Shown here piece after piece: positions 13,845 through 29,000 of a stretch of DNA of 64,000 nucleotides. The stretch comes from Octopus sinensis (taxonomy: Eukaryota). Each line of letters opens with the position of its first letter. Position 1 is the stretch's first letter. Where the stretch lies: contig NC_042997.1 of NCBI RefSeq assembly GCF_006345805.1, positions 41,354,001 to 41,418,000 on the forward strand, in the 5' to 3' direction. Below the pieces are notes generated by a model that did not search any database, had not been told where the DNA came from, and saw nothing but the letters and a program-made list of their open reading frames with translations. The translations under genes were made by a program, and so were the position numbers.

Positions 13845-14026
13845 TCAATTAATATTGTAAGAATCCTGTAAAACTTTTAGTCCATGGTGTCCTAGCATCA
13901 CTCTTCCCACAAGAACACTGCATTTGTATATTCTCTTTATTCCGTGACGGTCAGGAGTAGAATAGGTATCATTTGCAGAATAATGGATGTCACTGGCAAA
14001 ATAAACACCTTCACCATATGCTGTGG
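13845..14026 (-). CDS. last detectable PARP exon with triad Tyr (ATAYGEGVYFASDIHYSANDTYS...VLVG...QDSYNIN*), ending early
   Basis: ttcttag acceptor; in-frame TGA at 13845-13847. Confidence 0.9.
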
Positions 14027-17000
14027 CTAAGAAGAGAAAAAAAGATATATATGTGTGTGTGTGTATATATATATATATGCTAATATTTATATAAAATGAA
14101 TGGTAGAACTGAAAGTCCTAAAAGTTTATGATTACATAAATATCATCATTTCATGTCTGTTTTTGGACGGTTTGACTGAAAACTGGTAAGCTGGGGAGCT
14201 GCACCAGGTTCCAATCTGATCTGACATGGTTCATACAGCTGGATGCCCTTACTAACGCCGACCAGTCTAAAAGTATAGTGGGTGCTTTTTATGTGCCACC
14301 GGTACAGGTGCCAATTATGACACACTGGCATTGGCCACAACTACGATCTTACTTGGATGACAGATCTTCTCAAGCATGGTATATTGCCAAAGGTATCGGT
14401 CACTTCTCACTGCCTCCCTGAGGCAAAATGTAATTGACAAGGATGAGATTTGAACTCATGGGCGGAGACCCCAATGGATTAGCAGCCAATTACCTTCACT
14501 GCTCAACCAAGGCACTGGTATTTATAATAACAAAGGTTCCAGTTGATCTGATCAATGGAACAGCCTGCCAGTGAAATTAATCTGCAAGTGGCTGAGCACT
14601 CCACAGACATGTGTGCCCTTAACACAGTTCTCAGGGAGATTCAACATAACACAATCAATATTTATATATATATCTCAAGGACAGGTCATTAAGAATGAAA
14701 TGTCTGGTTTTCTTATGCACCAAGTTTGACAGTCATTAACTCTAATGTTTTATCCTGACAATTCTCTGTTTTGCAACATTGAAGAGTTACTTATTCACTT
14801 TCTGAAATGCAGTTCATGGTGTTTGATTATATTGTAAGTTTTCTCTTGTAAATCAATTTTTGTGAAGCCATGGACAGATTAAAAATTTGAGTTGTTTATG
14901 AATACGAGTTCTGTCATGGAACCAAATTATCTCAGACAGCTTGAAACATCAATGGAGTGTTTGGTAAAGATGTGGCAAATGAGTGCACTGTACATTTGAG
15001 AAGTTCCGGTCTGGTGACTTTACCCTTGAAAATCAGCCCCATGGTAGACCGGAGACCAAGGTGGATAATGATGAGCTGGAAACCAGTGGAAATGGATACA
15101 TCTCAAACTACGCGTGAGTTAGTAGCAAGGTTTGATGTTTCAATTCCAACTGCTTTGGTCCATTTGAAACAAATTGGCAAGGTAAATAAGCTGGACAAGT
15201 GGGTAACACACAAACTGAATGAGCATCAAATGACACGTCGTCTTGAAACTTGCTGTTCTTTACTGTTCACGGCATAAAAGCAAACCATTTTTGCATTGTA
15301 TTGTTACGTGTGATGAAAAATGGATTCTTTTGAACAATAGCAATGTTCTGCATGGTGGTGGTATAGAGACGAGGTGCCAAAACACAACCCAAGAAAGAAA
15401 TATTCACCAAAAATAGGTAATGGAATCTGTTTGGTGGTCCAGCGCTGGTGTCATCCACTACAGCTTCATGAGTCAATTACAGTGGATGTATACAATATTG
15501 CCAATATTTACCATTGAACTTGTTTGGATGGCATTTTGTGGAACATCACTCTTCTACTCTCCCCATATTCATATTCACCATACACATTAAAATCTAATTC
15601 CAAATGATGATAAAATAGTTAGTGAGAGAAGATCATTTGAGATATCTAAATGGAGTGACCACTGCTGGTTTATCAGATTTCTATACAGTTATTAAATGTC
15701 CCTTAACCAATTTCTAGGCCGTAGCAGACATTGAATATTTCAATGAGAGTTAACAACACTGTATTGATTATCTCAGTATATCTATAATTGACACACTCAG
15801 AATGGTGATTGCTAGGCCTGGTGTTCGCTTGTTGATATTTCTGTCCAGTTCTGCCGACCTACCACTACACCTAGTCCTTCTTCCCCAAAACATTACCCCT
15901 CTGGAATTCTGCCCCTTCTCTTATCTTTCCTGCAATATTTTCATTTACAAAGGTTCAAGAGGACCATTAATGGATGGGGACAGACCCTTCCTCCCAATCC
16001 AAATAAAAGTGTTGGTTCCACAATAATAAAATACACCTGGTTTACTCTAGAGCAGAAGATGTTAGGAAGGGGACCTGGCAGTAGAAACGATGCCAAACAT
16101 GGAATGTGTGGGCAACATGGCATCCTCTCTGTGTGAGAAAGGATTCTAAACAGCAATCAATGTGGAGAGTGACTGCCCAGCTCAAGACAATAGGAAGGGC
16201 GGGTAGATGATGATGATGATGTTGATTATAATATACTTACCATTTTTACCACAATAGCTACGGTTGAATCCTGATTTATTTATTCCATCAACAGATCCTT
16301 CAGCAGTACCATGCCAAAGGCCATCAACTTCATTTGTAATCTTTGGATTTTCTACCTCAAACTTTCTTTTCAATGCTTGGTATCCATGGTATAATGTTTT
16401 ATTTTGAATTCTCTCAATCTGTAGAAAGGAAAATTCACTTCTTTGACAAGGAAATAACGTTTGTGGTGAAAAACCCTGACCCTATCTGCTTTTATTTTCT
16501 TTTTTATTTGATACCAATTTTGATTCAACTGTAAATTTTGGTAAGGCACAATAGTTTAGCTGCAAAATGGTGTTGCATGTACAATTCAATGCAAGAAGTT
16601 AAAGCAGAGGTATTTTTGTTGAGCAAAGATTTCTTGTGAATATCCAAAAACACTTAGAACAATCCCAAAATAAGTTCATACATCTTCATCATCATCGTTT
16701 AATATCCACCTTCTATGCTGGCATGGGTGGGATGGTTTGACAGGATCTGGCCAGCCAGAGGCCTGCACCAGACTTCTGTGTCTGTTTTAGCAGGCTTTTT
16801 ACAGCTGGATGCCCTTCCAAATGCCAACCACTTTACAGTGTGGAGTGATGCTTTTTAAATGGCACCAGCACAGACAGGGTCACCAAGTAACTTGCAAAAC
16901 AAGGATCCTTTGAGAAGGGAGGGGGCATTGGAGGAGGAGATCTTGTGTCAGATGTTGAAAAGTTATAGTGAGACAAGACAGAGAGAGGTAAAGGTTGAGG

Positions 17001-20000
17001 ACAGAAGCAGGTATGCTGCCGCAAAGAAGATGCAACGAGAATTAAATCTTTTATACAAACAAAATGTCTCTTAACATTTTGTTTTAACAATAAACCATCA
17101 AATATTATTTATAAACAGAAATAAAAATACAAACTTTGATTATACGATACGAAGGCAAATCCTGATGGAAAGTGGCCTTGATGTCATCATATTCTGGTCC
17201 ATTTTTGACTGGAACAATTTTAATTAATTCCTCGTTTTCCATTGTTGACCATGTATTAGGGATCAATTCTAGAGTCCAAACAGAAATCAAATATTTCAGA
17301 ACAAAATTAAAATTATGAACCCTTTTTCTATTGAAAGTTTTAAAAAAATAAACAGGAATATTTTGATTAATTTTCAGGTTTAGACAAGAAATACTGCCAA
17401 CCAGGATGGTGTGAATCAGCCCTGCTTTACCTGCTAGAAATAATAACACAAATACTTTTAAATCAGATCTCAATGTTGGATGTTCAAGAACCAAATAAAG
17501 GGCAGATTTTCAATCCTGAGATCATTCTGATTCCAAAAGGATATAATATTTCTATGTTGAGCATTTGTAGACTGAAGTATAGAGGTTCCAGACATTCAGA
17601 CAGAATATCACTTTTATTATAATAGCTAAAAAAAAAAGCCCACCAAAAAATAAACGAGAATGTCTTTATAGTAAAAATATGCACGTACCGTCCTTTAGGT
17701 TCTGTTTTCTCTTCATTTTAAAATCACTCCCTCTGAGTTGAAAACTCATTTTCTGAAAATCGTATCTTCTGTTGTTCCAATCAAGGAATTTCTTTTGCAG
17801 TGAGTATGCTTTCTCAAGCTTGGCATTTTCTTTGTCACTAAACATTCTTACGTTTTCTGGATTATTTTCATCAAAGTAAGACCATTGTACCATTGCTTTA
17901 AGAAGAGTTTCCTCGTCAGTTTCTTTGAATTCCATTAATAATGATTGGACAGAGATTTTAGCATCTTTTACATGAGAATGTCTGCCATAAATTGTAATTG
18001 TTTCACTGATAGAAATCTGGATTTTATGTATTCTACTAATATTCCTTAAACTCAGCTTCTGAAAAAAAAAATATATATGTATATAAATAGAGAGAGAGAG
18101 AGAGAGCTCACCACTGCCGCTAACACCTGTTACTAAGAATCACTATCACAGTGGGTTCCACTTCATTTGTTAATTTTCCTTTTGAAGGTTTTTGCAGTTC
18201 TAATGTGAAAAATAATTTAATGTCCACACTCGACTCTGAGTAAGTCTATGTGAAAATAAGTACGTATGTACTAACTTGTGTTCACAATTACTAATGCTAG
18301 GGTGCCACTCCCCCCACGCCATACACATTTATGCACATGAATTTCAAAATCCAACTGAAGAACTAGGAAGGAATTCAATATGAAAAGGGACTTCACCCAA
18401 GAGCCAGAGTAGCAAGATTTTACTTACTTAGAAGGGAAGGTGAAAGATGGCTAATATGAGTAGAAGACTGTGTGGAGTAACCTGGGGTAGATATAGTCTC
18501 TTGTGTAGGTAATAGTGAAGTGAGTTTATTAAGAGCTGCCAGAGACACAGCAGAACATAGGGAAACCAAAAAGCTAAATGATATCAAAAACTAGAAAAAG
18601 AAGAAAGATTATTTGACAGCCAATGGAAGGCTTAGCATGGTGACTCCCAAGGATAGTTGCAAGAAGTAATAATAGTGAGACATAATTATGGTTGAAGAAA
18701 TGAAGGCTGAAAAGGAATGTATTAGAGAGCTGAAGAGAATGGAAAGCATGGTACCATTGGCTGAGGGTAATAAGCTCACTATGCATGCAAGACTGCAGGA
18801 GCTCCAATGAATCCTGTGATAAAAAATGGTGTAGACCCAAAGTGCTGATACTGCAACAATGGGATTGAAACAGTGGACCACCTAATCTCTGGGTGTAATG
18901 ATTTAGCACCTGTAGAGTATAAATCAAGACATGACAGTGTCGACCAATATCTACTTTGGATAATGTATCAGTATCATAAAATCAAAATTGCTGACAAATG
19001 GTACAAGCACCACCCTGAGGCTGTTAGAGAGGGAGAAAATGTAACGATTCTTTGGGACTTCCCAGTATGTACAGATGTGACCATCAAAGCTAATAAACCA
19101 GAAATTATTGTGAAAGACCAAAACAATAAAGTCTGTTTATTGATTGATGTGAGCGTACTTTGTGACTATGATATCTCAGCAAAAGAATTTGATAAGCTCA
19201 GAAAATATAACGATCTGCTGATTGAAATCAAAAAGATGTGGCATCTCAAGATGTCTACAACACCAGTGATTGTAGGAGCACTTGGAATGATCAAAAAAGG
19301 AACTGAAAATTATTTAAGAATGATCCGTGGATTACCATCCATGCAGGAAGTTCAAAGGATTGTCTTAACTGGTAACTGGTCACACGTATTGAGAAGAGCA
19401 TCGTTGCTGTGAATTTTCTTTCCTTTTTCCCTTTTATTTTCTTTGTTTATTTTTTCCTTTTTTCTGTCTTTCTTCTCTTTTTTTCTCTATCACATGACTT
19501 TGTAAATGAACAATCTGCTGTGTTTATTTTAATGGCCTACCAATGTATACAGTACATTTCTCTGCCCTAGGTGTCAGGAAGACACTTAGCAAGAAATAGA
19601 AACAGAACTGAAAGATGATAATGAAAATAACGATAACAATAATAAGAGGACTAATAATAAAAAGAGAGCTAATATCGGTAGAAGACTGCATGGAGTTAGA
19701 ATAGATATAGACTACTATGTAAGTTGTAGTAAAGAAAGTTTGGAAACCAACCAAAATACCAAACGAACTTAAAAATCAGAAAAAAGGAACAGAAATTATC
19801 TGACTGGCAGGAGAAGGCATTGCATGGTAGATTTCCAAAGATAGTTTCAGTAAATAGTAGTAGTGAGACATGGTTATGTTTGCTTAAAGGATGGCTGTAT
19901 AGGGAGACAGAAAGTTTGTTAGTAGCAGCACAAAATCATGCATTAAGGACTAATTGGATAAAGGCCAAGATAGACAATAACCAAGTAGATTCCCAGTGTA

Positions 20001-23000
20001 GGTTATGCAAATCAAAAGAGAAAAGTGTTACTCATATAGTAAGTGAATGTAACATGATGGCAAAGAAAGAATACAAGAAAAGACAACCCAGAGAGAGCAA
20101 TCCACAGGGTGTTATGTAGAAAGCTGAAATTTGACCATACTAATAAATCATATGTTCACGAACCTAGTAGAGTGCTAGATATAAAAAATATAAGATGTGA
20201 GACATTAACATTCAGATTGACAGAGGAACAGAATTTAGGCCTGATTCAGTAGTTATAGACAAAGAGAACAGAAAGTGCTATATAACTGATTTTATAGTCC
20301 CAAATGATGAAAAAATTAATATGAAAAGTATAGAAAAAATAGCAAAGTACTAGGACCTAGCCACTGAATTACAGAGACTATAGAAAGTGAGTGTAAAAGG
20401 TATACCAGTAGTTATACGTGCATTAGGAACTATCCCTAAAGATCTGAACAGATGGATAGAGGAAATAGACATAAAACCCTGTTTAGTACAGTGGCAGAAA
20501 ACAGTGTTATTAGGGACAGCTAGGATACTTAGGAGGGTTCTTGGCATCTAAGGTTACTCTGTTGTAGCCTGATGTTAGGAATTTTTCTTTTCAACAGTCT
20601 AATCTGTTGTACGTATATGAATCATCATCATCATCGTTTAATGTCTGTTTTCCATGCTAGCATGGGTTGGATGGTTTGACTGGGGTCTGGGAAGCCAGAA
20701 GGCTGCGCCAGGCTCCAGTCTGATCTGGCAGTGTTTCTACAGCTGGATGCCCTTCCTAATGCCAACCACTCCGTGAGTGTAGTGGGTGCTTTTTACGTGC
20801 CACCAGCACAGATGCAGGCGGTTCTTCCTGTCCTTCCAAGCCTGTTTCTTTTCTCTAATAGCCCTGTCAACCACATTGTTCCACCACCTCGTCACCTTGG
20901 GTCGAGAGGGGACTTTGCACCAGCCACAGATCTGATCAGTGGCTCTCAGCAAGTTGTCCCGTAGAAACCTCCATTTGTTTTCCACATTATGTGATGCTAT
21001 ATCCCCTTCTATTTCATCAAAGGCCTTGAGTAATATGTCTCTAAATCTCTGCTCATTTACAGGATGTTTAAGTTTCCAGACCCTTCTCCTCGAGGCTGGT
21101 CTTTTTCTGGGCATCCATTAGCCCTAATCCTGAAGTCGCTAACTACTAATCTATGTTGAGGGGTACATTCTTTGTCTGGGAAGGTTTTGGCATTTATAAG
21201 CAGCCATCTTTCCCTTTTTCTGGCGAGGATATAGTTAATTTGGCTTGTGTGTCTGCCAGAACGATAGGTGACTAGGTGATGGGCAAGTTTCCTTAAGTTG
21301 GTATTGCAAACCATAAGAGCATTTGCATTGCAGAACTCCAGCAGCCTGGTTGCCTCTTCATTGTGGGAACCAAAACCATAGCCTCCATGTATGGCATGGA
21401 AGCCCCCTGCACATTGTCCAACATGTCCATTGAAATCACCAGCCACAAAGAGAAGGTCCCTGTCATTTGTCAACAAGGTAGTCTGCAATAGGGTGTCATA
21501 GAATCGGTCTTTCTGCCCCTCTGGTAGCCTCGGTTGAGGGGAATAGGCCGAGATTATGGTAGCTGACATATGGTGAAGCACTAATCTAATCTTAAGTAGT
21601 CTGTCACATACTTTGACCACCACGATTACCTTATCAACCCATTTCTCCGCAAGAAGTATACTCATGCCCCCAACCCCGTCAGTATTCCCTGCCCAGAAAA
21701 TCTAATAATAGTAATATAAAGATTTTCTCATTGAAATTGGAAAATGTGTTATATCAATGTGGTTAGAATGACCCCAGCACAAGAAGTACAAATGTTTGTT
21801 TTAACTGATATGTTACATTTTGAGTAGAAAATTGTTGATGTGACAATGATAACCATCCGTGTAAATTTTGTTTTCCACATAATTTCATCTGATTTTGTAA
21901 ATGAACAACCTGGTGTGTTTATTTTAATTGCCTATCAATGTACAAAGTGAGTTTTTTGCTCTAGGTGTCAAGAAGGCACTCAGCAAGAAATGGTAACAAA
22001 ATTGAAAGAAAAGCAAATAATAATAATAAATAAATAACATGACCTGATGCTGTACCAGGCAGTGGCCCTCATGGCTTCTGATCTTAACTGATTCGAAGTG
22101 TTATCAGTACATTGTTTTGTCTTGGTATAAAAGATGGGCTACAGCAAATATTCTGCTCAATATCAGATTTACTTGTCAGTTGCTTGACCTTAACCAGTTG
22201 AGCTGGTCCCTTAGTGGCTGACGATATGTACATCTCTGATCATGAGCATAAGTAGTAGGGGAGCATCATAGCCATACGTTGAGCAGGATTCTTTAGAGTT
22301 TGAATAATTCATCCCTGAAAACATGGGTGTTTTGTTCATCATCCTTAACCCTTTCGTTACCAAACCGCCCAAAGCCGCCCGAAAAAATTTTGGTTAATGT
22401 GACCAAACCGCCCAAAGCCGCCTATATTTACCTATTCATATTTAAATGAGAATATCAGAGCAAATCTCTTTAGTACATTCGTGAAAACACGTATTATACT
22501 TCATAAACAATTCAACTACAGTTTTGTACAACAATCGAAGTGTAATTTTAATTCCCTGAATTTTGGGAGATTTTTTTCCGTAATTTGTTCCTATTGTGTT
22601 TTCAAAATTTGTAATTCTGACAAAAAATGGATACGAATTTCATTATATCAAGCAGCGAGTCAGAATTCGAAGGATTTTTTACTGAAGACCTTCATAAATC
22701 TAACTCTATGACTGAAAAAAAAAAGCATGTGGTATTTGATAATGAATCTGATGTTTCATTTTCCGAAAGTGGAAACAGTGAATCCGAGAGCTCCGACAGT
22801 GATAAAGAAAATGAATTGGCACCTGAATGGAGTGAAAATTTAAAAACTGTTTCTTTCGGTGATTTTTCTGAAGAAACTGGACCAAGCCACAGACTTTCCC
22901 AGAAGAGTAAAGCCTTAGACTATTTCTTTTTACTTTTTCGAATGAGCCTATTTGAAATCATTACGGCGGAAACAAACCGTTACGCTAAATGTAAACAAAG

Positions 23001-26000
23001 CGAAAGAAAGGATAGTTAGTGGTTTCCCATAACCTTAAATGAAATTAAGACTATTTTGCCATAAATATTATTATGGGTATCAGAAAGTTACCCAGAATAA
23101 CAAATTCTATTGTAAAATTTTGTTGTATACCCAATTGAATATTAGCTAATAACCCATTTTCTATAGCGATGTTTGAACAAAATTTTAATAATTTTATATT
23201 TTGAATTTACCTGTATCTACCTGCAATTAGTCACTTTGTGACAAAAATTATAGTATAGAATTGGTTGAGAACATTTCATTAGATTATCTTCCAAAATTCA
23301 CATTAATATATTGATAAATAAAAAAGTTATAGTTGTTTAATGAAACCAGACTAAATTTATGATTATGTTAGAAATTAATTGAAACACATAAGGGGTGTAT
23401 TTTGGTCAGAAATATAGTAACGAAAGGGTTAAACAACCTTTATTCAGGAACCTTTTGAGCAGGATGGTCTACTCTAACTGAAGAAAAATCTAACTGGGGC
23501 CTGCTTGCAAGGTCATGCACTTTCTTACTATAAGATTGCCATGTTGCACACATGGTTGTGATGCTTGTGCCTAGTGTACCCTTATCAGATGGGCAGTCAT
23601 GATGGGTATATTTGGATTTGTGTATTTGGTTCCCAGTGTCACTTTGATGGCATGCATTGCTCTCTCATCCAATAATAATATTTGTACTGAAAAACAAGAT
23701 CGAGTGAGCTTCTGCCCTTTTGCTCATTGTGTGGTTTCCGTCCAAGCTGAGAAACCAACAATTTATGAGTCTCAATTGTGTTGACATCAACTGCCCACAT
23801 TTTCAGGAGGTTTCTCTCCATCAAATATTGTTATATCCTTATGCCTCCAATATCGTTGTACAGTTGATATTGTCGATGATAGGTAAAGAATACACTGTAA
23901 CAGTGTTATAACAATACAAAATAGAAACACTTAAGGAACCAACAATCAATATTTCCAACACACCAACTCAAACTCTAAACTGTATCTGGACTTTGAAGAC
24001 CAAACTATGAACTCCTGACTATGTCAGACCACTACTATTAATATGTAGTGGTCCCATCTATTCTTGTCACTCGGTCTTTTACATTTGCCACAACATCCCC
24101 CCTTTTGAGATTTCGGGTTCCAAAGAAATAAAGAAATTTTATTTATTATTATTGTTTAGTATTTTTTTGCTTGGGCCTTATCTCAAGGTGTTTGGTCTGC
24201 TTCCATTTTCTCATGCTGGTTCTATGGGACTTGATTACTTTTGGTGCTGGGACATCGAATACATCAAAAAATATTTCTATAGGAATTTCTCTTCTTTAGC
24301 TGAATTACATGTCTCTTATGTTCCCAGCATGATCCTTTAATTAGATACATCATACTTCCTATTTATTTGGTTACAAGGCCATCCTTCCAGCCTTCTTTAC
24401 CATTTCTGTAGGTTCTAAAATGCCATTTACCTCCTACTTCAAAATATTTTGTTGCATCTTTCATATTTCCTTTACATCTTATTTTCTCTGGGAAATAACT
24501 TATCAAAAATCGATTTTACTCTTCTTGTAAACATCAATTCTGTGGGTGACTTTCCTGAATTTGAACTTGGATTGGTGCTTACACTATATACCCTTAAGAA
24601 TTTTGTTAGTGATTTGTCATTACTTAATTTGTTCCTAGCTTTTCTTAACGCACTTTTAAATGAGCCCACGAACCTTTCTATCTGTCCATTTGACCTGGAA
24701 TGCAAGTATGCTTTATCGCATGCATTTTACAGAAGTTCTTGAATTCATACCTGAGATTTGCTTTCAATTATCAGAAACTAATGTGTCTAGAATACTGTAT
24801 CATGCAAACAATTCATATAGGAACTTTATAGTTGTCTTAGTAGTTGGTTTATTGCCCCTGCATGCCTCTGGCCACTTTGTACAGTTGCCTACCACGATTT
24901 GATAGTAAGCACTGTTCTCCAGTCTGGCATAGTTGATATGTAACCCAGACCATGGGTTCTCAGTCTCTGGCCATGATTGGCATTTTATTGGCGACAAGTT
25001 CTCGCCAACTTTTTGGTATCTCAGTCCATAGTTGGCCAACAGACGTAGTTTTTTTGTCCTCGACATTACTGGGTGTCAGCTGTGGAATTGCTGCAATACA
25101 CGTTTTTGTAATGCAGTTGGTACTACAACTCTTTACTATCGTTGCATATTGAGAAACTACTTGAATTTGTATTTTTATTCTGCTTCTATTTTAAAGCTTC
25201 TTTCATTTCTGTAATATACTCATTGTTTACTGATTTCATTCTTATATTCTGTGCAGTTGTTGGCAGTTCTTGGATAACATATATCAGTCATAATACTTGT
25301 AGGCACAGTTACGTCTCCTGATGATAGGTGTCTAAATAGCTCACCACTAGGTGGCACAGCATGTAACTCTGAGGTTCCGGCACTTAGTCCTTCCTCTTTC
25401 TCATTGAGATAGCAGAATGCGAGGATGTGACTACCTTTAGCTCTTGCATAAGGTACACAACAGCTAACAGACATTGAGAAGATCTGACGCTCAATGTCTA
25501 AATACACAGAAGATGAACATGGCCTTTCACTTGTAAACACCTTTCATGATTTATTCAACTTGTATATATTTGTGACCCGGAGTAAAAGTATTCAAAAGCT
25601 ACACCTTGGTTCTGTGGATATTCATTGTACAGTTTTCTTTCTTTGAATGACATCTTCTATTCGAGCTTTCTGAACGGAGTCGTTATTAGATGAATACTTT
25701 CTATTTCATTTTCTGCCTGCGGTGTGGCTATTACAGTATCTTCTACTGGTTCCGTAATTTAGGGAATTAGTCTTGATAAACAGTGTGCAAGACTAATTTA
25801 TTTTGATGGAACATACTGCATTTTGAAATTGCAGTTTAGTAATATTATACCCTAATGTTGTAGCCAGGTTGCTGTATGGGTAGGTAACCCTTTCATTGAT
25901 CCATAAATTGATAGCAATGGTTGATGGTCTGTTTGTAAGGGGAAAACTTTTACCATGTAGAAACCTGCAAAATGTTTCCACAGTAAAAGTAATCGTTAGG

Positions 26001-29000
26001 GCTTCTTTTTCTAGTGGACTGTATTTTTTCTCTGCTGCTATCAGCTAACATGAAACAGGAATCACTGGTTTCCTAATTCCATCTTCATACTCATGTAGCA
26101 AATCTGCTCCAATTCCATACTCCAAAGCATTAGATGCTACAACAATGTCTATTTCAGGATGAAAATACAGTAGACACAATATCTGCGATTAGAATTTTTC
26201 AAATTTTTTCAATTGCATTTTGGTATTTTTAACCAACCAATTCCACTTTACTTCCTTTTTAATAAGTCATTCAATTGAGCTCTTAATCTGTGCATGTTAA
26301 GAATGTAGTTTTGGTAGTAGTTTGCCAGCCCAACAAACACTTATAACGTTGGTATATTTGTCGGAACAGGCACATTCTTTATTGCATCTGCCCTCGATGG
26401 ATCAGGCCATCTACCATTTTTATCAATCCTTTGCCCTAAGTACTTAATTTGAGGCAAAAAGAATTTGCATTTTACTTCACTCAAATTGAACCTGTACTCT
26501 TTAATTTTCTTGAACACAGCTTTTATATGCTCAATATGCTGTTCACATGAATTACTTTTAATCAATATTTTGTCTAAATAAGGGACTGTAAATTCACAAT
26601 CATATAACATAGCATCCATGATTTGCTGAAATATTGCCGGTGTAACCTTTAATCCAAAAGCTTACCAGGTATGTCTGTACAATCCTCTGTGTACATTTAT
26701 TTTCAGATACTTTGAGCATTTGTCATTTACTTTAATATGTAAATAAGCGTCAGACAGATCCAATTTAGAGAAATTTTTTCCACCATTTAATTTTTGCGAA
26801 AATGTCCTCTGGTATCAAGAGTGGATGGTGGCATATCTTTAAGCAGTCCTTTAATCCTGTAGAGATAATTGGCACACAGTCTAATATTATCATTTTTCTT
26901 CTTAATGTACAACATGGGTGCTGCCCACTTAGAGTAATCCACTTTTTAGATGATTCCACTCTTTTCCAGTCTGTCTAACTCTTTATTTATGATTTCACTT
27001 GCTGCAGATGGTACTTTTCTGTTAGATTTAAATATAGGCACAGCGTTTTAACTTATTTAAAAGCAGGCTTTGGTCTTTTTATATAGACCTATGTCCACTG
27101 ATAGTACTTGGGGAAACATCAATTCCTCACACGATTTATTTCTAACAGGACAACCATTTATGTTTTTGCAGTAGAGACTTATGGGAGGTACCATAGGTCA
27201 AATAACTCCAACCAATCTTTACCAAACTGATTGATTGTATTCTCCACAAAGAATATTTTGGCTTTGCATGTTTCTCCTTGAAATGTGATGCCTGTACACA
27301 TTTCACCCATGAAATGTAGTTTATCGCCGTTTACTCAACCTCAGTTTCCCAATTTTTGCCCATGTATCCGCATTAATGATAGAAATATCCCTACCCGTAT
27401 CCAGCTGTTGTTTAATGCTTATTTTTGTTTGTATGAATATTCTTGTTTTTGTGTTGCATTCACTTAAAACATTTTGCATCCAACTCTTGTAATCTTGTCC
27501 TACAGTGTGAGCTCTTGCCACCAAGTTTCTGACACCTACAGCATTTTTGGTTTTTAAACGGACACGCTTCCCTGAAGTGTAGGCCTTCACATCAGTAACA
27601 TGGATTGGGGCCTGGCACTATTTTTTGGTTGTACTTTCCGGGTTGACACATCTGTATTTTTGCAGAATCTTTTCTTGAATTATTTTCATGCAGTGCTTCA
27701 GGTTTACCATTGTTTGACATTCTTCTGCAATGGTCTGTAGACCATTGCAGCCTTGGTTCGCTTGCTCCATTTTAGAAAACCTTGCCTGAATTCTCTATCT
27801 TCATTTGCCATAAGGCTTTCTATGAAGATAAGCGATTTAAACATATCCTCAGTGAGTTCCTAAAGTTTAGAATTTTCACACATATGGTTAACTTCTCTGG
27901 CATATGTAATAAAGTCATCACTTTTCATTAAGTTCCAACATTCCATTTGAGTGATAAATAATGATCTTTGATTATTACATGCAACCCTTGTTAAAATTTT
28001 CCTTGTACCTTCTATGGTATGCAGAAAACATAATACCCTCCTCTGGATTATAAGTGAATTCAGAAATTGAGTTTGCCATGATGTCTGCTGTAAACGAACT
28101 TACCGAATTTTAAACTTCCTTCACTGTAACTCAGTTAACCGTTGTTGTTGTTGTAATATTTGCTTCTGTAACTCCTGTAGTTGTTTTGGTTGCTTCTCTT
28201 GAAGCTGTATTACTGCTGCTAATAGCTTCTCCATAATTTAACAATTTGTATGATGCTCAAATTGACAAATAACCTCTGTGAGCTTTGAAAAATCCTCGTT
28301 GTGAGATGTTATATCTTTACGCCTCCAATATTGTTGATGATAGATAAAGACTACACCGTAACAGTGTTATAACAATACAAAATAGAAACAGCAGCAGTAA
28401 AAAAAACACAACGAACCAACAATCAGTATTTCCAACACACCAACTCAAACTCTAAACTGTATCTGGACTTCAAAGACCAAACTGTGAACTCCCGACTACG
28501 TCAGACAGATTCTATTTATATGAAGTGGTGCCATCTACTCTCGTCAGGGGTGTTGTACAACAAATATATATATGTACCTTAGGACTCTGGTTGAGACCCA
28601 GTTGGAAAATGAAAATAAAATTCAATCAGAAAATGATAACAACAATAATAATTAAATAAGAACCCTGTATTGTTGTGGACAACTTACTCGAGGTTCTGTC
28701 AAGTCCACATCAAATGGTATTTTCTCAGTTGTTAATAGAGAATTGTACTCCTTTTTAACAGTTTCTATAGCATTGTCAAGATTTTGGTATTTAGCTAAGA
28801 ATTTCAATGTGACACCAACATCTTTTTGACCAGCAAAGACATTATCTTCTATTTCTTCATCTTCATCATCTGAAATAGAAGAAATATTCATTTTGTCAAT
28901 GAAAAATAACCAAACAAGCAGCAGAAGATTTCTTATGGTGCAGCTTCAAGATTAAATAATAATTGTAGTGTTTCCTGTTTTTCTGTTCAGTGAAGAGCTA

